Assembly: GCA_964016885.1 (NCBI GenBank)
Contig: OZ024743.1
Span: 355,198,001 to 355,262,000 of the forward strand
Reading direction: 5' to 3'
Length of the DNA stretch: 64,000 bases
Origin: Eledone cirrhosa
Taxonomy: Eukaryota
The position numbers and the translations under genes were made by a program. Each line of letters starts with the position of its first letter. Positions within the stretch are counted from its first letter, which is position 1. Below, piece after piece: positions 55,818-64,000 of the stretch. The notes beneath the pieces were generated by a model. That model did no database searches, was not told the DNA's origin, and saw nothing but the letters and a program-made list of their open reading frames with translations.

Positions 55818-58800
55818 CACACACACATACATTAATAACAATAATAATAAGAAGAACACAACAATAATAATAACGACAACAACAATAATAATATACATAT
55901 ACATATATATATACACACACACGCACACACATCAGCATATCTACACACACACACACACACGATAACAACTAACAGCGCGGCGATCGAATGTGGCTTTTTA
56001 GCCCAGCCAATGATCTAAAATGTCTTGCACAGAGTCGGCAACCAAAACATTCACTGGGAATAGTCGGCTGCGGTTGGAGTTCGTGTACTTTTGCATGTCG
56101 CTTGAGCCCTCCTGCTGATTTACATTCTCTACCACATGTTTGGCAAGCATGATGAGTAGCATCTCCAACAGCAGCCTGGTAGTCAACCACTGGTCTTACT
56201 TTATGACTGCGAAGATGACTTTCGAGTCCAGCTTTGCTTAGGCAGAGTCTCGCACAGACGCTGCATGTCAACACCATAGGAGGACCCTCGCCGTCTGGAA
56301 GTGCAACAGCAATGCCCTTCCTCACATCCCGCTTTACTTTCTCGTATGCGATTCGAGATGCCTCAAAGGCAACTTTTCCCTCATATACAGTCTTTCTCTA
56401 TTTATTACGATCAGCAGCAATATTCTCCCATGTATCAGCAGAGATGTTAGCGTCGTTCAGAGAGGCTTTCAACGAATCCTTATACCTCTTTTTTGGTTTA
56501 TGTGGCGGTCGTTTTCCTTTAACCAACTCTCCATAAAAGAGTTGTTTTGGTATTCTAGAATCCTTCATCCTGGCAAGATGACCACTCGAACGGAGTCGTT
56601 GCTTAAGCACAAGAGCTTCTATACTGTCACACATAGAGCTTTTCAAAATCTCGACATCACTGATGTGGTCCCTCTAGTGAACGCCATGGATCCGTCTGAG
56701 ACACATCTGGTGGAAACGCTCCAATTGCTTAAGGTGGTGTCGATATGTGACCCAGGTCTCGCAGGCATAAAGAAGACAAGAGAGCACACATGCCCTGTAC
56801 ACCTTTACCTTTGTCCTCCTGCATATGTCTCGCCGACCCCAGAGTCGCCTTTCTAGCTTTCCGAAAGCATCACTTGCTTTCCTAATCCTAAGTGAGATTT
56901 CACTGTCAAGGTTGCTGTATCGATTGACAGTGCTTCCCAGGTAGACAAACTGATCAACCACTCCAAGTCGTTTGCCATACACATAGATGTTTGGTTCAGT
57001 GTACTGCTTACCAGGGGCAGGTTGGTACATGACGACGGTTTTCTTGAGACTGACAGTCAGACCTAGGGCAGTGCAAGCGTCAGAAAATACATTCAAAATG
57101 TGCTGCATATCACTCTCTGTGTGCGGTACAAGATCGCAATCATCTGCATACAAGAGGTCTCTTATGATTGATGTAAATACTTTTGTCTTCGCAGCAAAGC
57201 GCCTGATGTTAAATATGCTGCCTGAGGTTCGATATCGGATGTAAACACCATACTCGCAATTCCTGAATGCAATACAGAAAACCATTGCAAAGTATATGGC
57301 AAACAGGGTCGGTGCTGGAATATCCCTCTGTTTCACTCCATTTTTACTGAGATAGGCTCCGACATGTTACCCCCGACATTAACCCAAGCCTTCATGGCGT
57401 CATGGAAAGACCTAACTAAAGCAAGGAACTTATCAGGGCAACCAAGTTTCTGGAGAACCTTCCACAATGCATCTCTGTTAACAGTATCGAAAGCTTTTGT
57501 CAGATCGACAAAAACCTGATACAGATCCAAGCCTTGTTCCATGCACTTCTCCTGGAGCTGTCTAGCTGAGAAGATCATATCAGTAGTGCCGCGTCCAGCA
57601 CGAAAACCAGATTGACTTTCAGGAAGAACACAATCTGCAATGTGTCAGCAGACGGTCCAGAAGCACCCTACATAAAACTTTCCCTACGACAGAAAGCAAT
57701 GATATACCTCTGTAGTTCCCACAATCGTTCCTGTTACCCTTTCCCTTGTACAAGACCACCATTACTGCATCTCTCCAGTCCTCAGCCCATATCCTGCCAA
57801 ACAAAGAGTGAAGATGCTGCAGGAGTCTCTCACCACCATATTGTAGGAGCTCAGCATGTATGCCATCCATACCTGGAGATCTTCCACTGTTCAGCTTCGA
57901 AATAGCCACTGCAACCTCCACAAGCGTCGGAGGTTCTGCGAGAGCTACTTTCACAGGACTTTCTGGAATGAGATTGAGGAAATCTTCACTGACGACAGAC
58001 GGCTGATTCAAAAGATCATCAAAGTGCTCTCGCCACCTTCGTAGAATTCCTTGTGAGTCACGAAGAAGTTCTTTGCCATCCTTGCTGCGAAGCGGTGTCA
58101 CCAGAGAAGAAGACGGTCCATCAACCTCACGCAAGAGACTGTACAACAGCTTTGTGTTATTGGAATCAGACGCAGTTTGTATCTCACCAGCCTTCTCACT
58201 CCACCACTGATCCTTCATCTGAGAAAGACTCTGCCTAACAGGTGATTTTACATCCCTGAGTTCCTCATGCAACGTATTCCTCTCCTGTGGTTTTGCCGTC
58301 AAGTAGCGTGACAGAGCACGCCTCTTATCAGCCAACAAGTCTTCTATATGTACATCATTCTCATCAAACCAGTCCCGATGTTTCCTCCGCGCCAATCCCA
58401 GAACACGCCTGCCTACATCATAAACCGACTTTTTAAGGGTCGGCCAATCCTCACCAAGATCTGCAGCCTGCATCTCTTCTTCCAATGTCCACTTCACATT
58501 TTCATACTTAAGACGAGCAGCATTCAATCTTTTGGGCAGGGCAACACCAGGAGCCCGGATTTTACGTTTAGTGATTAGTTTCACTTTTGCGCGTACCAGG
58601 CGGTGGTCCGTCCAGCACTCAGCTCCACGAAGAACACGAACACACTGCACATCCTGTCTGTCACGCATCCTGACTAGGACGTAGTCCAAAAGATGCCATT
58701 CCTTAGATGCAGGATGCATCCATGTGGTCTTGAATTTGTTCTTTTGTTGGAACATGGTGTTGGTAACACACAGATCCAGCTCCTCACACATCTGCAGCAG

Positions 58801-59420
58801 GAGCATACCATTGCTGTTACACTTTCCCACCCCATGCCTTCCGATTACATTCCATGTGTTAAAATCCCTACCCACTCTAGCATTAAAGTCACCAAGCACG
58901 ACGACTTTGTCTGCCTGAGGGATATTTCTTAAAACACCTTTCAAGGCATGGTAAAAGGACACCTTTTCCTCATCGACAGAACTCATAGTTGGAGCATACA
59001 CACTCACCAGGGTAGCATATCTTCCCTTGTCCAGCGGAACTCTCATGGACATAAAACGCTCACTAATCCCTACTGGGAATTCTTCTAATTTGTTCACAAG
59101 TACAGTCTTAACAGCAAATCCTACCCCAGCCTCTCTTCTGGTTCCTTCATCTCTTCCTTTCCAGAAGAATGTATATTCTCCACAAAATTCCGTAAGATGA
59201 CCATCTCCAGCTAGCCTCGTCTCAGATAAAGCCACGATGTCAAGATCGTAACGTCGAAGCTCCTTTGCAACAAGAGCGGTCCTTCGTTCAGGACGCCCCA
59301 AGGAATCCCTGTCAAGTAGCGTCCGTACGTTCCAGCAACCAAGACTAAATGCCTTGTTTGGCTCTATTACAATGGCACGATGACGAGCGGGCCCAGGCTG
59401 TGATAACCTGGGGCCCCTGC
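55642..59420 (-). mobile_element. RTE/BovB-type LINE (APE + RT + three C2H2 fingers), pseudogenised
   Basis: GCWNVRTLLD..RPERRTALVAKEL, LSETR, SVYAPT, LGDFNARVG, WHLLDY, TDH, NYRGISLL, FVDLTKAFDTVNR, LLYADD, FVYLGS and LLYACETW. A few frameshifts and stops. Confidence 0.92.
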
Positions 59421-59569
59421 CCTTATTGCCAATGATCTTTTTTGTTCCAGAACCTAAATTGCCAATTATCTCTTTTATATTGTTCTGGAACATCATTGAA
59501 TTGGAAAAAAATAAAAAAGTAATAATAATAGTAATAATAATAATAATAATAATAATATGCAAATAGACC

Positions 59570-60019
59570 TGATATAATATTGAAGGACTTTCAAAGGAGG
59601 GTATGCCTGCTAATTGATATGTCTGTTCCAATAGACAAGAATGTATCTATAAAAACATTTGAAAAATTGAGCAATTATAAGGACCTGGAGATAGAAATTG
59701 GAAAAATGTGGAAATTGAGAACTAAAACAATACCAATGGTTGTAGGCGCTCTGGGAATGATACCTAAGGGGTCTAACGACTACTTATCGCAAATCCCAGG
59801 AAACCCGCGTATAGGAGAAATACAAAAGATAGTACTAATGGGAACTGCCCATATACTAAGGAAGATCCTGTCAATATAAGTACATCACAAGTCTAGACAC
59901 TAAGGATGCATGTGTGAATATGTATGTTCTTTCTTGAACATGGCGGACCTTGTTGTCTCTTGAGGTCACTGGTTGTGACTTGGTGATAACTCGTATGAAC
60001 ATAAAGCAAGATAAATGCA

Positions 60020-60020
<1 letters not shown>
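59570..60020 (+). mobile_element. 3' fragment of a second R4/Dong-type family (RLE domain) between (TAA)n tracts
   Basis: RPDII.KD...CLLIDMSVPIDKN..KTFEKLSNYKDLEIEI...PMVVGALG...QKIVLMGTAHILRKIL, then 3' UTR and (TAA)n. Confidence 0.85.
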
Positions 60021-60065
<45 letters not shown>

Positions 60066-60067
<2 letters not shown>

Positions 60068-60281
60068 TGGGGACTATCTCCAAAGGTTTCCAGGGATGGT
60101 TAAAGAAAATCGGCCCCTTCACGCTTTTTGGAACGCTTCAAAAGGCATGCTTGCTTGGAACAGCAAGAACCCTCCGATACGTCCTGAATATCTGAGGCTG
60201 CAGGTAGTGGCTTGATATTCAATCCAACGGACTTTCCAGTTAACCAACATCAATGACTGAGATTCAAGGAATAACAATAAC

Positions 60282-60327
<46 letters not shown>

Positions 60328-60850
60328 TCCCGATTGTCATAGGCGCACTGGGGACTATCTCCAAAAGTTTCCAGGGATGGTTAAAGAAAATCGGCCCCTT
60401 CACGCTTTTTTGGAACGCTTCAAAAGGCATGCTTGCTTGGAACAGCAAGAACCCTCCGATACGTCCTGAATATCTGAGGCTGCAGGTAGTGGCTTGATAT
60501 TCAATCCAACGGACTTTCCAGTTAACCAACATCAATGACTGAGATTCAAGGAATAACAACAATAATAATAATAATAATAATAATATGGATTTGGAACTGC
60601 CATGAAGTCAAAGTGATCCCGATTGTCATAGGCGCACTGGGGACTATCTCCAAAGGTTTCCAGGATGGTTAAAGAAAATCGGCCCCTTCACGCTTTTTGG
60701 AACGCTTCAAAAGGCATGCTTGCTTGGAACGGCAAGAACCCTCCGATACGTCCTGAATATCTGAGGCTGCAGGTAGTGGCTTGATATTCAATCCAACGGA
60801 CTTTCCAGTTAACCAACATCAATGACTGAGATTCAAGGAATAACAATAAC

Positions 60851-60935
<85 letters not shown>
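60066..60935 (+). mobile_element. Three tandem short 3' ends of the 18485-22085 R4/Dong family, each with a (TAA)n tail
   Basis: About 60066-60270, 60327-60552 and 60586-60840 match the reverse complement of 18490-18745. Confidence 0.9.
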
Positions 60936-61371
60936 GTACACTATTAATAATTATTAATGCACTCGTGCAATGCCTGTGCGTGACGAATATTTTTAAAGTG
61001 AGGAAAGACTGTGCACTGAGCCAATCCCACTCTCTGAGCAACAGTAGCTATAACCCGAAAAGAAGAAAAGATCAACATCATCGGTAACTACTGAGCCGCA
61101 GGTTTTATGTCGGAGTTAACCCAGTTTCCTGAGTTGCCTTCTCCTAGAAGAATGCCCTGACAAGGGCTAGGGGTTCTTCACTCCCAGTGGTTTAACTGCG
61201 CGATGGGGCATCCAGCCCGATTATTTCTATGTCCCCGCGCAAAAAAAAAAAAAAAAAAAATCACTTATTGACACTTATACGTACGACATACACACACGCG
61301 CTTACATATGCGCGCACACAGCAACACTCATACATACAAACAAACACACACACACCCTACTCTACTCACTT

Positions 61372-61417
<46 letters not shown>

Positions 61418-61539
61418 TACCGTCATTACTGATACAAGATTACAAGATTATGTCAACTGTTGACTTTCAAGAGTTTGTATAGTTGAAGCCGATCGTACTA
61501 CAGTCCAGTATTATTATAATTATTATAATTGCTTTACAG

Positions 61540-61675
61540 CATAGAGTCACGGCCCTCCATGCTCTGAGCTCAAATCCCGCCGAGGTCAACCTTGCCTTTC
61601 ATCCCCACGGAGTCAACAAAAGAGAGTACCAGTGATGCGCTGGCCAGTCGCTGGATCCGTGCCAAAAGCAGAAAA
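61540..61675 (+). mobile_element. Diverged SINE copy
   Basis: ctgagctcaaatcccgccgaggtcaaccttgcctttcatccccacgg. Confidence 0.75.
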
Positions 61676-62414
61676 ATTATTATTAAAGTTGTTTTCTTAA
61701 GACCCGGTCGCTGGTGATGGTGATGGCGGTGGCGGTAGTGGTGGTGGTGGCAGTTGATGTTGTTGTTGTGTTGTGTGCGTGTGTGTGTGTGTTTTGTTAT
61801 TTTGAGTTGGTTTTTTTTCCCTTCTTTTTTTTTTTTTATCTTTTGATGCCGCTGTTGTTGTTGTTGTAAATGTTCATTTCAGTTCATTCTGAAGCTGTTA
61901 TTGCTGTAAACATTAGTGCCGGTGTTGTAGATGTTGGGGTTGAAATCTGGTCGTTTGACTGAGTGATGTATATACACACATATACATACACACACATATA
62001 TATATATACATTCAACAGAGAGTAGAGAGTTTGACAACAGGTCGATGACTTTAGGGTAATGACATGTGGTGGTGGGGAGAGAGTGTAGACGTTATTGTGG
62101 TGGTGGGGGACAGTGCGATGTATCTAGTTCATTTGACCGTTTTCTTCTCTTTGCAAAATTTGAATTTTAGCCATGTTATATTGAGATGTAAGTAAATGTA
62201 AAATGTAAAATATAAATAAGGATTGCTCTGCTAAAATATACTAAAATATTTGTGTAACTTCCACAAACTTCTGTCGTGACATTCCCGAGTCCAGTAACCA
62301 ACAAATTGTTGTATTTTGATGTTTCAGAATACAAAAGTTAATTAAAAACTTACCCCACGAAAAGACAGCGTGTGTTGTCCTATCTATAAGCTCCCTCATA
62401 CATATACATATATA

Positions 62415-64000
62415 TACATAAGGGACCTATTCAGACTATCGGAGAATCGTGCCAAACTCGGTTGCCAAATTACCTTCTTAAAACGCTGCCTAAAGAACAA
62501 CATCATTCCAACCACCATCAGGAATATACATCTACCCGAATGTTTACGATCACCATCCTTCGAAAACACCATCCGCCACATTCAACGCACGTTTATCAAG
62601 AAAATACTACGACACAACCACCACCAACTGCCACTCCATATACAAACGCTTTCCGAGCACATAGATCGTATAGCTCCAACCCTCACCCCTGACCACCAGG
62701 TCCAGGAAATACGCAAAGCTATAGATCAGTGTTACCACACCAGAGTCAAATATGATAAACAGCGCCTTATACGGAAATACTAATGGACTGTAAACAAATA
62801 CTACAATGACAACATCCGCTCCCACAGACGGACCGACTACAACCACACCAGGGGCAACAGCTATACAACACCCTCCGCTACACCCCCCAACATCGATCTA
62901 CCTACCAACGATGCTTCACACCTCGTTACCGACTTAACCGGTACCCTCACCAACGACGAACTCGAACTTCTGCGCCTCGGACCCAAGTTCATCATTACAC
63001 AGCGTCTCGATGATAGACTGAAACTCGACATCGAAACCAACTTCTGTCGGACAGCATATCAACTGAAATGGCTAACCGCCATCCAAAACAACACCGAGAT
63101 CGATTACAACCCCACAACCCACCCCACACTCCCCACGTATCACCTCGACAACCCACTCCACCCCCCACCCACCAACCACGAACTTGACACTAAACTACTC
63201 AGGTTGAAACATTCTATCTCTAACATCCTTTCCCAACACACACACACACAATAAACGCAACCTCACCAATGCACAATTTAATACTCTCACCAACCTAAGA
63301 TCCAGGAACCTTGTGTACCTTCCCTCTGACAAGGGGAAAGAATTCTGTGTCATCTCGAGAGAGACCTACAACAACTTAGCTCTCCAACATCTTAATGACC
63401 ACAGCCTCTACTCGAAAGTCACAGGGACCTCCTCGACTCTAATCGAGGAAGGCATTAACACCATATGGACTAACATCTGTGTCCAACGAAAACTGCCAAA
63501 GAAGGTAAAAAACAACATAATGACTCGAAACAGCAAATTACCCACCTTCTACCACTTGGTTAAAACACATAAACAAGGACCCGATTTGAAAATCCGGCCC
63601 ATTGTCTCTAGCGTGGAGGGCCCACTCTACAAAATATCGTGGCTGCTCTCCACACTACTGAAACCCATTCTACACACACTACCAGCCCACGTCTGCAGCT
63701 CAAAGGAGGTCTTGGAGCGACTACACCATCTGGCGCCCAACACCAGAAAGGACAACGGTTATGCCTTCAGTCTTGATGTGGTCGCCCTTTATACCTCCGT
63801 ACCAGCATCCCCAGCCGTCGACCTGTTGACCGAACGAGTCCGAGCATCTAACTTACACTGCTTCGGACTCACACACACGGACATCCACCAACTCCTCTCC
63901 TTCGTTGTGGATAATGCACTCTTCAATTTCCTCGGCCACACGTACAAACAAATCTCTGGGCTACCTATGGGCTCTAGTCTGTCCGGCATACTTGCGATCT
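62415..64000 (+). mobile_element. Penelope-like element related to the 52361 copy; runs off the window end; disrupted
   Basis: LFRLSENRAKLGCQITFLKRCLKNNIIP, LRLGPKF, YLPSDKGKEFC, FYHLVKTHK, FSLDVVALYT and GLPMGSSLSGILA. Stop at 62781 and a frameshift at about 63250. Confidence 0.9.

Noticed and set aside
59420-59631. N-terminal ~70 aa of the 670-aa ORF
   Set aside because: It is read-through from an adjacent R4 fragment and (TAA)n. RTE homology begins near 59350.

Overview
This is AT-rich eukaryotic DNA dense in microsatellites, with one 200-bp assembly gap. The SINE families and the (TA)n/(CA)n/(TAA)n load suggest an octopus-type cephalopod, which is an inference only. No intact host gene is visible. 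The window is mostly decayed retroelements: several Penelope-like elements (PLEs) of at least three lineages, a near full-length Tx1/L1 element plus an older copy, a near full-length R4/Dong-type RLE LINE plus stacked 3' ends, an RTE/BovB-type LINE with three C-terminal C2H2 fingers, and a HERO/NeSL-like fragment. There are also a Helitron helicase fragment, tRNA-derived SINEs and a MITE. The most notable hidden layer is RNA-based: about a dozen minimal type-I hammerhead ribozyme (HHR) motifs. Four lie in a non-coding ~450-520 bp tandem/inverted array with one HHR per monomer (retrozyme-like, 10.3-12.4 kb), and two have unusually long stem II insertions. All coordinates were read by eye and are approximate to a few bases.
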